Of a stretch of 64,000 nt of DNA, positions 1 through 12,700 are shown one piece after another. The stretch is taken from assembly GCA_965202585.1 (NCBI GenBank), contig OZ241828.1, forward strand, positions 25,668,001 through 25,732,000, read 5' to 3'. The notes under the pieces were generated by a model. It searched no databases. It had not been told where the DNA came from and saw only the letters and a program-made list of their open reading frames with translations. Each line of letters opens with the position of its first letter. Position 1 is the first letter of the stretch. The stretch is from Thalia democratica. Its lineage: Eukaryota. A program made the translations under genes and the position numbers.

Positions 1-559
1 CCTGAAATTTTCGTTGTAATACTGTTTTACTTATAAAACAGATTTTTGAATAATTAGCAAAATAAAAATCGATTTAAAACTTTTAGTTTTCAAAATGATA
101 ATGTGTTAATGTCATATATATATATAAAGAGTATGGAAACGTAAAACTCTTCGAAAGTAACTTCTAGTATAGCGAATAAAAGTAGCATAAGCAATAGTTA
201 AAAAGAAAAACTTAACCAGTTATAAAGCAATAAATTTGTTGAGTAACCGAAATAAGGGCCAAAATTTCGTTCAAGTAGGGTAAAAGCTAAAAGAAAACTT
301 TAAAAAAGATGCTAGTTCAAGCAAGGTCAAGCTTGATAAAACTCAGAACAACAAATCGGTGGTTTATTATGAAAACTTTTTTTTAGCCTCAAAAGATTTC
401 ATTATGCATTTTTGTGTTATACTTGGAACACGGATCACGACTTGTAGCATTAATTTGAAACAAATACGTTTGAAGGCTAAAATATTTTTTTAATCTGCAA
501 GAAAAGAGTGGCAAAACAAAAGTTTTAGCTTGTTTTTTGCCTTCGAAGCGTTCTTTAAA

Positions 560-1330
560 AAACATAAAAATTTGCAACGTGAAACTTAAACAAAATTCGT
601 TTGAAAACGGTTTAAAACATTTGTCCTCAAAATAACCCGGGGTTTCGATGAAATTTTTGCAACAACTTCCGCGGCTTCTTTTCAAAGCAAGAAAAACGCA
701 ATCAAAATGCAAAAAAAAAATATTTTTCTTAAAGCGTGGCTGAAAAGAGCTATAACAAAATTTTTGAAATAATTTCTGCGATTACAAAGAGCTTTTTGCT
801 TTTTCAAAGCAGCAAAATCGAAACGCAGCAGTTGCAAATCACGCGCGATTCTTGAAAAAAAAAAACCAGCTGAAAGTTTGAACAAAAAAAAAACGAAACC
901 CGGATCTGAGCGTACGGAATACGAAACAAAAAAATCGATAATCATTTTCGTTGCAGCCTCTCGCGCGATTCGAGTCTTTGTAAAAAAACGACGCAAAAAA
1001 TAAAATCGCAAAAAATAAAACGCAGACGCGATGGATTGAAAGCGCGATCACGGTACGAACTGGAATGGTGCAACAAACAAAAAACAATGAAACATGAATA
1101 ATTCAATTAGAGCTTTGTATGCGACGGCGCATTGATTTTTTCGCGCAACTTTTATTTTTCGTTTTGAGCGCGCGCGCGCGTTTTGAAAGATGAATTTCCA
1201 AGACTGAAGGCCACCTAAGTTTGCAAAATAATAAAAGCAACAAAACTCTTTTTCAGTTAATGTTCGTGCAAAAATCTTAAAGTTACGGACCAATGACCTA
1301 TTTCATGAAAATCGTGGATTCGACCACCTC
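560..1330. promoter_or_regulatory. CpG-rich island (promoter or long 5' UTR-like) including a (GC)6 run at 1168-1180
   Basis: Dense cgcg/acgcg/tcgcg words in AT-rich surroundings; no credible ORF. Confidence 0.45.
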
Positions 1331-1430
1331 GTACTTTAGTATTTATTTTTCAACCCCGTACGTTTGAAAAGGTTGAAGGCCACCTAAGCTGGCCTAAACA
1401 ACAAACAATTTTGATTACAAAATAATTAAC

Positions 1431-1680
1431 CTGATTGGTGCTTTGTAGCTAACGACTTATTATATGATTTTTCCCACTTTGCATTCTTGATACACAGAAA
1501 AAAATCATTTAAACACTAAGGTTGGTTAGTATAACTTTCAACAAGTAATTTTCAAATTGTGATTGGTGCTGTGTAGCTAATGACTTATTTCTGATTTTTC
1601 CCACCTACTTCCGTGATATCAAAAAAAAAATATTTTAAATATCAAAGTTGATTAGTATAACTTTCAACAGTTATTCTTAT
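1431..1680 (+). repeat. tandem duplication, unit about 128 bp
   Basis: tgattggtgctKtgtagctaaYgacttatt...ttagtataactttcaaca twice. Confidence 0.85.
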
Positions 1681-3741
1681 AAAGTTAAACAAAAACTAAT
1701 TACGTCTATTTCTGACTTAAAGCCAAAGTTATAAACACTAATTCAAAATAGACTTTTATTTTGGAGCTTGTAACGCACTAATTTAATTTTTTGTTAAAGA
1801 ACGCGAAACCAAACAATACAAATAAAGAATCCAAATACAGACAAATCAAGAGTTATAAACCAATTAAAAAGAAAAGAAAAAAAAAACTAATTAATTAACT
1901 TAAAAATTAGTGAGCAATTTACGTCATAACTAGAAAATTCCAAGTTTTTTGCTCTTGAATACAAAAGTTAGTTTATTTCAGTTGAGTTGTATACTAACAA
2001 ATTTAACTCTGAACTTAAATTTATATGGGTTTTTTTACTGCTGAACAAGACTAATACTTGTTTAAAACATTGAATTTCTGAACATTCAACTAACTATAAT
2101 ATAAATCACCCTAACGATTGTTCAAATGGTTAATTTACTGAATTTACTGAACATGAACACAATTATTTTAGCTTTAAATGGTCTCAAGTGGATGAAATTA
2201 TTCGCGCTAAAAATTTTTAGAAACAGTTCAAACTTGAACTTGATTTTCTGTATTTTTTACCGCTAAACAAGCCTAATCCTTGCACAAAACACGAAATTTC
2301 TTCTTATCTCATTCTAATGGGATTCATGAAAATAACAAGACAATTTTACTTGCATTACCAGTCTGCTAATTACATTAGCTAATTAGGCTTGCATTTAAAC
2401 ATTTAATTTTTAAGTTTTTCTGTTAAACAACTTGTAATTGCCTTAAGCCAGCTTGAAAAAGTCTCACATCAACTTGTTTTTATAGTAATTAAATTACAGT
2501 TTGTTTGTTGGGTAATTAAGTAAAACAACGTTTAAAATGTTTAATACGCTTGGAACTTTCGTAACACACTAATAGAATATTAAAAAAAATATTCACAGTT
2601 CTCTCTTAATTGTAAATAAATTTGAAGGGGAACACCAAACTAAACAACTCGAAATCCTGACTCTAAAATTTTCTTTGTTCTCTAAAACTAAATCAATTAA
2701 AAACTTAAGTTTTTAGGAACTCCCTTACAATGATTTCAACAACATACCAACAAATAAATTTTTTAATTAAAAACAGTTTTTGTAGTTTTAGTTTAGTAAA
2801 AAAGTAGGTTTTGTTTGTTGGGCTAGTTCCATAAAAACGTCGTTTGTGAGTTATTTGCTGAGTGATTTTTCACAAAAGAGCTCATTTCGCATAACAGGTC
2901 GATTTGCGCATAAAAAGCAGCAAAAAGTTAATCGAATTTTTATTGCTGCAATTTGGTTAAAATCACCGAATGAGCCAATATGTTTAAATTTTTTTCAAGC
3001 TCTTTGTGTACAGAGTTTAACATTTTTTTCGTAGAGTGATTTGATAAAAAATTTTAAGGTTTTATCATGATATAGTTAGTCCAAACACAATTAAGTTAGT
3101 TTACATATCAAAATTAGTTTACACGTTAAAGTCTGAATTAAATTAAATATTGGTTTATTTAATTTAGGTTAATATCTAAGCACAGTTCTAACTTATAACA
3201 AAACGTTATTTAGTCTTTTTTTAAGTTCTTACTTTAATGTACATCACTGATTTTTCGCTAGTACAATGGTAGTTTGAAGGTTCTTTTGAAAAAATTACAA
3301 GCAATTACCAATCTCAGTTTCAATCATGACATTTACAGAGAAACAAAACTAAAGGTTGTGCGGAAAACTTAGAAACATGATCTTTTCAATTATCTTAATT
3401 ATTACGCTACGCAAAAGGACAATTTATGGTACAAACAGATATCAAGATCAAACTTAAGCTTTGACATTTAACAGCAAAAGTAAAACCACACTGAAAATAG
3501 CTAGTTTGGTGAAAAAAGTCATAAACCTTTACTACTTAATTTCCTCATTTTTCCTCTAAAGTAATTACTTCCCATTATCAGCAAGAATCAGTACTTACAA
3601 GAGCCTTTTATTGAAAATAAGAAAAAAATACCGCATCTACTAAGCTTAAATTTAAATAAAGACATTTAAAGAACTTAAAAATTTTTTTTTTGAAAAACTT
3701 TTGTTTTGACGAAAACACTCACAAATTTAACTACTTAATTA

Positions 3742-5820
3742 TTATGACGTCATAAAATTTACCTCTTTCTCCTGGTTAGTCATGCCGTCGTTTTCAAGCA
3801 CCTCGCTTGCCACATTCACTGTGAACTCCAGCTGCGAGATGATGTCGTCCACGTAAATGAAGTCTTTTTTCTTTCTCCTTTCAAAACTGGAAGACTGGGA
3901 CATTTGCCCGTTGTAGTTGTTTTCCATTTCTTCTGCTTTTCCTTGAGAGCCGTCGTTTATTTCAACTTCATTTGCCTCGCCCTGAGAGACAGTGTCTGAT
4001 GCCCCGTCTTGGAACTTAACTTCTTCGGCCTCGATTTCTTTCATCACTTTTTCCACTTGCGCCATCTGTTCTGCAGTGACCCCATGTTCACCTTTGCGCA
4101 CGTGTTTCTTCTTCTCCCGACCAATGTCAGCTTTACTTTCAGTCATGCCAATGCACACTTCTTTGGGTGCTGTTTCCTGCGCATTGTTTTCTTCAACGGT
4201 TTCTTGTTTCACTACAGTTGCGTCTGCAGAACATTCTTTGCTTTCAGCATCAACTTGAGCTGTATCGTTATTTTCTACTTCATCTTGTGAGACTTTAACT
4301 GCATCGTCTGTAACTTCGACTTTGTTTTCTTCGGCCAGGCATTTTTCTTCGGCCTCGATTTCTTTCATCACTTCTTCCACTTGCGCCATCTGTTCCGCGG
4401 TCACCCCGTGGTGCTCGCCGTTGAGCACGTGCTTCTTCCTCTCCCGGCCAATGTCGGCTTCGCTCTCAGTCATGCCGATGCAAACCGTGCTCTCAACAAA
4501 CTTGACTTTAGAGTCGAATATCGACTGCTTCAGCGTGGAAGCCAGGTTGCCCGCTTCGGTGCTCTGAACAATGGTGGCGTCTGAGTCGACGAGGAGATTA
4601 GATTTCTTGTCCTGATCGTCTTCAACTACCGACTCTACCAGCAGTTTGGACTCTGCATTCAAACTCTCGTGGACTTCTACCACAGGGGAGCTTACTGACG
4701 AGCTGCCGGCTTTGTTGTTTTCCGCAAAGTCTGAGAGGCTTGATTCCAGAACTATTTGCTCGCTTGCTGCCTTTACTGCGTCCACTGCAAGAGCTTCCGG
4801 TTCGGTTTCGGTCTTTTCCTCCAAGCTGTCCGTTTCGACTTTAGTTTCGTCTTCCACTGAGCTTTCAGAAGAGATTTGGATTTCCGGAGTTGCAACTTCT
4901 TCATTGGTTTCAGGAGCAACATCGTTGTTCTCAACAGCTTCGGTAACAGGTTCTTTTTCCTCTACGGCCTCAGTTGTAACCTCATTTTCTTCAGGAACTT
5001 CAGGAGCTTCTTTTACTTCATCGCAAGTTTCGTCAACTGTTTCATCTGCTGGCGCAACAAGGCTTTCCACCGTCACGTCGGCAGGAACCTCTTGGTTATC
5101 AACGGCTTCGGGGCTGACCACAACCTGCACGGGTGACTCTCGAGCATCAGCAGCTTTATCATCAGATACTTCTGTGGTTTCAGAGGAGGCTTCGTTCACT
5201 TTGTCGGAAGATGATTCAGCAGCGTCGTCAGTTGAAACTTCATCCACATTCTCCTTGATCTCGGCATCAAAGTTCTCCAACACCTCGTTGACCTCTTCTG
5301 ATTGGTCGTTGGTGATCGTGACGTCACTGTTCACGCTCGACCGATCGCCGCTCGACGGCGTCGGAACTTCCATTGTGACGTCACCGCAGACGGTCGACGC
5401 GACCTCCGACTCGGCTACCACGACGTCATCATTTACGCCCTCAGATTGTGGAGCGTCTCCTTCCTTTGGACAGTTTCCGTTCGTCTCTACGATTATGACG
5501 TCACCGTCGTCAACTTTCTCCTCGACCTGAGGGGAGTTTTCCCCCTTGTTGTTGCCGAGGGTGACCTCGGAAGGAGAGGTGATTACGATCCTGGGAGGTT
5601 CGAGGTTGTTTCCCTCTTTGTTTTCTCCTTTCTTGCTCCCCTGCTTCTTCTTCTTTTTGCTCCCCTTGAAAGATCCCCTTTTGACCGACCTGAACCCTTT
5701 CAGAAGCCCCTTCTTTTTCGGTTTTTCCCCTTGAGCGGGGTAGGCCTCCCCGTTTTCGATCGCGGGGCTTTCCTGGGGTTTCACCTCCTTTTTACTCTCA
5801 GATGAAGATTTGTTTCCCAT
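3742..5820 (-). CDS. 692-aa acidic, likely disordered protein with MGNKSS myristoylation motif and polybasic segment (MARCKS/AKAP12-like architecture); may instead be a giant exon ending at the donor after 3763
   Basis: Long GC-richer ORF; ATG in aaaATGG context at 5820; strong acceptor ctttttacAG 37 nt upstream (exon start 5857); KKKGLLKGFRSVKRGSFKGSKKKKK; E/D/V/S-rich body; GAG|gtaaat donor 7 codons before the stop; AATAAA about 130 nt after the stop. Confidence 0.88.
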   Translation of the reverse strand: MGNKSSSESKKEVKPQESPAIENGEAYPAQGEKPKKKGLLKGFRSVKRGSFKGSKKKKKQGSKKGENKEGNNLEPPRIVITSPSEVTLGNNKGENSPQVEEKVDDGDVIIVETNGNCPKEGDAPQSEGVNDDVVVAESEVASTVCGDVTMEVPTPSSGDRSSVNSDVTITNDQSEEVNEVLENFDAEIKENVDEVSTDDAAESSSDKVNEASSETTEVSDDKAADARESPVQVVVSPEAVDNQEVPADVTVESLVAPADETVDETCDEVKEAPEVPEENEVTTEAVEEKEPVTEAVENNDVAPETNEEVATPEIQISSESSVEDETKVETDSLEEKTETEPEALAVDAVKAASEQIVLESSLSDFAENNKAGSSSVSSPVVEVHESLNAESKLLVESVVEDDQDKKSNLLVDSDATIVQSTEAGNLASTLKQSIFDSKVKFVESTVCIGMTESEADIGRERKKHVLNGEHHGVTAEQMAQVEEVMKEIEAEEKCLAEENKVEVTDDAVKVSQDEVENNDTAQVDAESKECSADATVVKQETVEENNAQETAPKEVCIGMTESKADIGREKKKHVRKGEHGVTAEQMAQVEKVMKEIEAEEVKFQDGASDTVSQGEANEVEINDGSQGKAEEMENNYNGQMSQSSSFERRKKKDFIYVDDIISQLEFTVNVASEVLENDGMTNQEKEVNFMTS

Positions 5821-7894
5821 TTTTGTGATTTTAATAAAACAACTAATTAATAATAAACTGTAAAAAGGTTTACAGTAAATATGAATTCTTTGATAATTTT
5901 TAAAATACAATATAAGCTTAACTAACCAAAGTAGCTTAGGGCACGAATTAATCGATAAGTAGATCAATTGATCAAAACAAGAGTCTTGTAGGCAAGCTGC
6001 CAAAACAACTCACTGAACAGATTACAAGGATATATGATCATTTAATAAAACAAACAAGTTAATCTAATAACAAGTGATAGTTTATAATTAGCTTGGCTGG
6101 GATACCAAATTACAAAAAGAAACAAACAAGTTGGTGTAGTAACAAACTTAACAAGTGTACGATTGTTGACTTGGCAGCATTCGAACAAAGTAAGACTTTT
6201 AATTAAATGCACAAGTCATAAAAGCACTGTGGTTGAGTTACAACAATACTTGTTTAAACAAAGCGAGCATTCAGCTTAATTAATGCCATGAGAGCTGGTC
6301 TTGAACAACAATTGTCAAGTTAGTTATCTCATCTTAAGTTAGAGTTAATTTACTAAGTCATGTTCAAATTGTATGAACATATAAAAACTCTTATTCAACA
6401 AAAACCATCCTAGCTAAACTTAAATGTAAAGTTAGCACTCAATGACGTTTTAATGGAATATAAGTCTAATTTCGTACACAAAGCTTTAAACAATCATCTT
6501 CAATTTACTTAGTTAGTTTATCATATACTTTTATAAATATAACAACATGTAAAAACTGTCAAAGTATGAAATTCCAAAAACAGTTTATTAAAACTTCCTA
6601 TCAACAAAATTATTATATCAATATAAAGTACAAGCTAGTGTTGTCCAAAATTTATTAACGGTTTAAAATTTTCAAGCCGCTTTTAAAACAATAAAACAAG
6701 TTCTGTACACTTAATCTCTATCAATCTATGTAAAAATCTCATATTGTGTGTATATATTTAAAAACTCAATTGCAACATAGTATATGTGGTTTCCGCTCCG
6801 TTTCACTACACAAAAAAGCTCATTTATTTCAATAATGAAAACCCAAACCGCTCAAACTTCCTCGGTTAACCGAAAACTTTCAGCCTTTTTTATTGTCTTA
6901 TCTGCCTAATCTTTTTTTTGCTCTACTGTCGTGTATTCCGAAAATAACTTTTTGAAGCGAGCAGTGTTTAAGCGTATCGATTTATGAGGCGCATATACGT
7001 GAGTGCGTGTATATTGAAACAATTAAAACTTTTGCTGTGTCTAGCTCGGATCACAGCTTGTATGTTAAAGTAATTTTACGCAGTGAGTCTTACGTGAACA
7101 AAGAGCATTAAATGCAAATTGAAGTACTATTTTTTGTCAATTACGCATGAAAATATTCTTTTTTTGTCATAATATAGGTAGTTTTTGTTCCACTTACGTA
7201 AAAATGTTTCTAAAGTATAACAAAAACAAAATCAATAAAGTTTAGCATACTTTTTAGTTATTGTTTAACCTCGCTTTGTACTGTAAAACAGTAAACCTTA
7301 TCGTATTGCTTCAAAAAAAAAACAACAACTAAATACATAAAAATTCTAATTTTTTAGCTTTTATTAAACTTTAGCAGCAACTAAAGGTTGCCTTAAACAA
7401 GTAACATTTACAAACGCTGATGATAAAATCAAGCCCTGAGAGAATGACCTTTAACAAGATATAATTCACTTTGAAAATATCATTGCAGTTAACTTTCAAA
7501 ACCTAACTTTTACCCAGTTTGATATGTGTTTATTATTTATTCATGGCTAAACAAGTACTGTCCTCGCATATTCCAAGTAAATAAATGTCAAAGTTTTTTT
7601 TTAACTTCTAAAATCAATATTTTATACTCCTTAGTAACGTAAAACCACAAATAAACAATAGTTTATTTTTTCTTTATCAAAAACTTTTGTTTACGGTTTT
7701 AAATCTAACCTACAAGCTAAAATCTATAATCTAACAATGAAAATAAAAACTATTTTCTTTAAAAATAACACTTTATTTAAGCGAATAATTTTCCAGTCGG
7801 CTTAAAGTTATTACCCTGTCTGCACATTCAACATAAAATTTATTCGATGTCCTCAAGGAAAATAATCGTGTTGCCGGCTGAAGTTAAGACTTAC

Positions 7895-8050
7895 TCTAGT
7901 GACGTCATAATGAAAAGTACCGCGTGACGTCATAATAAGGGAAGACAATGAAGTTCGAGGCTTGTTTGTTGGGGCGCAGCAGCTTTTTGCTACCGCTGCT
8001 GCGAAAACACTTGTTGCCGTTCAAGTTGTGATAAGGGATAGTGGAAAGAA
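7895..8050 (-). promoter_or_regulatory. promoter-like island/candidate non-coding exon with paired TGACGTCA sites and a 9-bp hairpin
   Basis: TGACGTCA at 7900 and 7925; IR cgcagcagc/gctgctgcg at 7975-8003; AGA|gtaagt donor at 7894. Confidence 0.4.
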
Positions 8051-9602
8051 AAATTCATTTGTTGTTTGGTGGTTATTCTTAAGGAAAATGTGAGCCAGCT
8101 GTCAAAACTCTTACTTATCGGTTTTAATGAAGTTTTTTAATGAACTAGTTAGTAAAATTTTCACATTATCTTTAGTTATTATTACATAGATTTGTACACT
8201 AAAACAAAAACTATATTACTTGTAAAAGTTGTAGCTTATTACTTACAAAAATCATTAAAGAGCTAGTTTGTAAGTGTTTCACATGATCTTTAAGTGGTTT
8301 TAACCTGGTTTGTATTGCAAAAAGTTGAGTAAGAACTTTATCACGTATATGAACTTGGGATAACAAGCTGCTATTCGAGTTTCTATTGCAAGTTTGCTAT
8401 AAAAAATTTTACTTTTAAGAATGTTTAAGTGTTGTCGGCTGTCATAACTATAACACATTCAAAAACTTCTAAAAATTCTCAATAAAGATAATTAACAACT
8501 TGTTTCAGTTCATAACCTTAAATTTTATAGTTCTAGAGTTGTAGTAATTATGTCTTTACAACTTTTCATAACATATGTACAACTCCAATCACAGGTTTAC
8601 ATTATAAAATTTTCCATTGTCATTAGTGTTGTTACTTTTTAAAATATAATTTAAAGACGAAACAAAGGCTAGTAAGTAAATATGTACAATGTTGTATTTG
8701 AAACATAGTACTTGAATAAAACAAGTTAAGCAATAAAGCTTTCATCGTAACGTCAATAAAAAGTATATTAAAGCTGTCAAAACTGAACTTAAAAGTGGCA
8801 ATTAAACATTGAACCGTGAAAAAAAGGGTCGTTAGTTTAAGTGATTAGTGGTCAGTTTTTTGCTAGTTTAAAAATTGCTGTAAAATTTTTGTTTTAAAGT
8901 TTAGAAGGTTTTAAAATTCATAAGAAAATTCAAATATGTCAATAAAAAATGCGAACAGCTGCTATGTAATTTTTCATTCTAAAATATAAATTTCACGTGT
9001 GAAATAAATAACCTAACTAGTCATAAAAAACTAGAACGCAGTAAAATTTTATGAGAATAATGTCTTCAGTTACAGTATTTCGTTCATAAAAGAAAGCTGC
9101 GATATAAGTGTCATGTTTTAAGAAAATATAAAATTATAACTAATATTTATTGTAGAAATATAAACCAGACACTAGAATTTTTATCTCTTTACACTTCTGT
9201 TTTTAATTTTTAAAAGGTTTTATAAATAAAAACTAATCTGACTAAAACAAAACTTCAAATAAGTCTGTGAGTTTTTTATTAAAAATGTGACTACCTAAAG
9301 TACAAAACTAACAGTAAGACAAACTTAAAAAACACAATAGATCATTGTTACTTCTAATTATATATTTTGCTAAAGGTTTTCTGAGACTTAAACAAAAACA
9401 TTAGAAACTTTCTACATTAAAGTTACCAAACAGCCATAAACAAACTAGTACTTGTGAACGTGACTCTAACTTGCCGAAATTAAATTAATTTAAAATAATC
9501 TTTCTTTATATACTTTATTTTACATTATATAAATTAAATTTAGAAATATAATGTAAAAAAACTATAATAAAACTAGCTGACACAAAGCTTTCAAACAGTT
9601 AC

Positions 9603-9676
9603 CTAGACAAATTAATACTTGTGAACGAGAATCTTGCCAAACTAGCTCTCTCAACTATCTCGCGCCTTCCTCGCAT
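9603..9676 (-). CDS. candidate upstream exon MRGRREIVERASLARFSFTSINLS (phase 2), in frame with the 5857 acceptor
   Basis: GC-rich island after two TGACGTCA sites; TAG|gtaact donor with an echo copy at about 9421-9480; phase matches the giant exon. Confidence 0.3.
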
Positions 9677-9694
9677 GATTCCCAGCTTGTCTTG

Positions 9695-9727
9695 TGACGT
9701 CACAGTTAGAAGTGCGCTATGACGTCA
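9695..9727. promoter_or_regulatory. paired CRE-type palindromes, 25 bp apart
   Basis: TGACGTCA at 9695-9702 and 9720-9727; same 25-bp spacing as the 7900/7925 pair. Confidence 0.5.
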
Positions 9728-12700
9728 CAATGCGAAAATAACCGCGAAATGATTAAACTATGTCTTGTCTGCTGTCTGAAGAATCTGTTCTTTTATTATC
9801 TCATGATTCAGTTGTTTTTATTTGTTGTGTTTTTGAAAAAAAGTTGTTATGATTAATTTAAATTAAAGATTTTTTAATTGATTGCAAAGCATCTTCAAGA
9901 TCTTTGTTTTTATTAATCTAGCAAAATATCAAATAAAAATAACAGAATGTTCAAAATTTTGTGAAATTGTGTTTGAACGACACATGCAAAATTAATTATG
10001 TTTTTTGTGAGCATATGTTTATTTTTTCTTAACAAAAAATGCTTTTTTTTTTTTTAAACTTTAATTATTTTTTGATGGCAAATTAATTACAAACGTTTTG
10101 TGCAATCTTTAATAGTTCTCATTGTTTTATTCAAAAAAGATTGCACGTAAATCGATTAACAGTTAGATATAACCATGTTTTAAACTTTCATTTGAGCTTC
10201 TTAACAGTAAAATTTAAAAAAAAAACCTTTAATAGGTTGAAATTTTCTTTATGAATGTCAGTTAATAGTATTCTAATTAAAAAAGACTAACACTGATATT
10301 TGTTTAATTAGTTTAATTAAACAACAAAGTAAATCAATATAGTAGCTTTTTTTAGGTTAACTAGTAGGGTCAACAAATAATTACATAACTTTGTTGCATT
10401 TGTTTAAATATATAAAGCAAACGAGTTTACGACACAAGTTCAATTAAAAGTAGCCAAAAGTAAAAGCTTATGTCAGTTACAAAACACAAAGCTTGTATAT
10501 ATATTTTTAAACTAAATAAAACTAAAACATATAAGGAAGCTATGCAGTAATTTTTGACCCTGTAATTTAGCTAAGTAATGGCTGTGTGTTTTTATTAAAT
10601 CAAACAGAAATTTTGTTATTGAACTGTTTTTTTTTCTGCTTTGTATAGTTTTACTACAAAACACTTCACACACTTCAAATTTAAACATTCAAAGTTTTAA
10701 TAAAAAAAATTATACTACTCACATATGAAACAAACTTAGTACAACTTTAGGCATTCACAAAAAGACCTAAAAATAGCGTTTAGCATTTAACAAACAATTA
10801 CATGGACTACTTCATTGTAGTGCAACCATTTAGAATAATAACTGACCACACACGCAACATAAAACTTATTGAAAGTTACTTGAGCACAACTTTTCTACGA
10901 AAACTTTGGTGACAACTGTGATAAAGTAAAGAGAAAAGCGAAGAGTTTAGAAAGATTATTTTTTCCCAAAATATGGAAGTATCTTGTTAACTTTTCAAGT
11001 ATTTTCACGGTTTATAAGTGATCATTGTCATAAAAGGAAAAAAGTTCATTCAAAACAAGCTTCTTCGAAGTAATTTTTTAGCTGAGCTATTTAAAGTATT
11101 TGTTTAAAATAGTTAGTGTAATTAAAAAGAAGAAGTTTATAACTAAAAAATTTGTATTTTGTTATTTGACCTCTTTTGAATCTCAAAGCATTATTTTTTG
11201 CTTACCTAGATTATTTATTTTTGATACAACCGCATAAAGTTAAATGAAGACTAATATGCTTTCTTTAAATTTCTACTCAGCATTAAGATGTTTCAAATGA
11301 CCTATTTTATCTTCAACCTAATTTGCATACTAAATTTTAATTCACATTTCATTTAAAACCAATCTCGCTAAACACCAGGCCTGTTTATGACTCTAACAAA
11401 AAACAAAAATAAAGTCTAGAAACGTTTAACAGAAGGCCTGAAACAATTTTGTTTTAATATAGCATATTACGAAAATTTAAATCTAAACAGTGGTTACATA
11501 TTAGTTTTTGAAGATACTTTCATACCAATTTGGCTAAAAAAATTGTATCTAAATAATATACACAAGCAAATGTTACTTTGAAAAGATAACATCATATAAA
11601 ATATGCATTAAGCCAAAGATATTGATCAATATGTTTTATAATATGCACATTAAAATTACTACATTTGATAATGAATTTCTTAATTAATAATATCAGACCT
11701 CTATAAAATTTTGTACCCTAAAGTAAATTTTTTGCATATAACGAAAAAAGCTTTGCAGAAAAGTCATTTCAATAACTAATTCAAACGCAAAACCACATGA
11801 AAATACATGACACAAAATCATTAGTCTGATGGTGGCCAGGTCATCTTGGCAACAAGCTCATTGTGTTGCAACTTGATTAATTATTCAGATATTTTGATAG
11901 ATTTTACATGAAATTTGTTGTGTGCGGTGAAAGTTTATCGATTTGGTTTTTGTTGATTTTTGTAAAGTTTGTCCGTCATAACTAATTCATTTAAATTTTG
12001 TTAAGTTTGTAATTTTGTTTTTTTATTTTTATAAACTGTGAAGTTTTTGGCTGAAATTGGACTGCATACATTAAACAACTGTTGTAATACTAACTTTATT
12101 GTTTTTTAATGTATTATACTTTATCGCTGACTGGTTTCTTTAAGATACTTAAGTTATTTTACTACAAGTGTACAAAAAATGCTAACAAAGAGATATTTTT
12201 AATAAAGTTTAAAGTCTTAAGTTATAAATAAGATAGTTAAGTAATAAGTAGATGTGTTTTTGAACTTTTAATTTATTTTGGTATAAGCTTGTTATAAAAC
12301 TTTTTATTCATTAAGTAAAGGTGTAGTTTTTATTTTCATAAACTTATAAGAACTTATCATAGTTTTGTTTAAAACAGATTATAAATATATCATTTTACAT
12401 AGAGTAATGTTTATGTTAATACTTTTACTTAACACAATGGTTCTAGCCATTGTTTAAACAAACATAAAAAATTAAAATTTTTAAAACAAAAGTACTATAC
12501 ACATTCATAAAAATAAAATATTTTAAAATATAATACATATCTGTCACTTGTATTATTTTTTACCAACGTAACACTAGAGTATTATATTGTATACACAAGC
12601 GGTTTGCCGTGAATAGAAAGAAAATGTTTTAAAATAACAAAGCTGTAGATGGCCATTGTAATTTTTGGTAATTTCTGTTTACATTAAAATTTAAAACTTA

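Noticed and set aside
389-1293. Minus-strand ORFs of 81-109 aa
   Set aside because: Low-complexity F/K-rich translations of T/A runs with no domain or codon bias
3992-5805. Plus-strand ORFs up to 294 aa
   Set aside because: Antisense shadows of the GC-richer, stop-poor giant exon
5821-6003. N-terminal extension of the 753-aa ORF in the track (non-ATG start at 6003)
   Set aside because: Uses a prokaryotic alternative start codon; the sequence is AT-rich, intron/UTR-like and contains an acceptor at 5858; the credible ATG is at 5820
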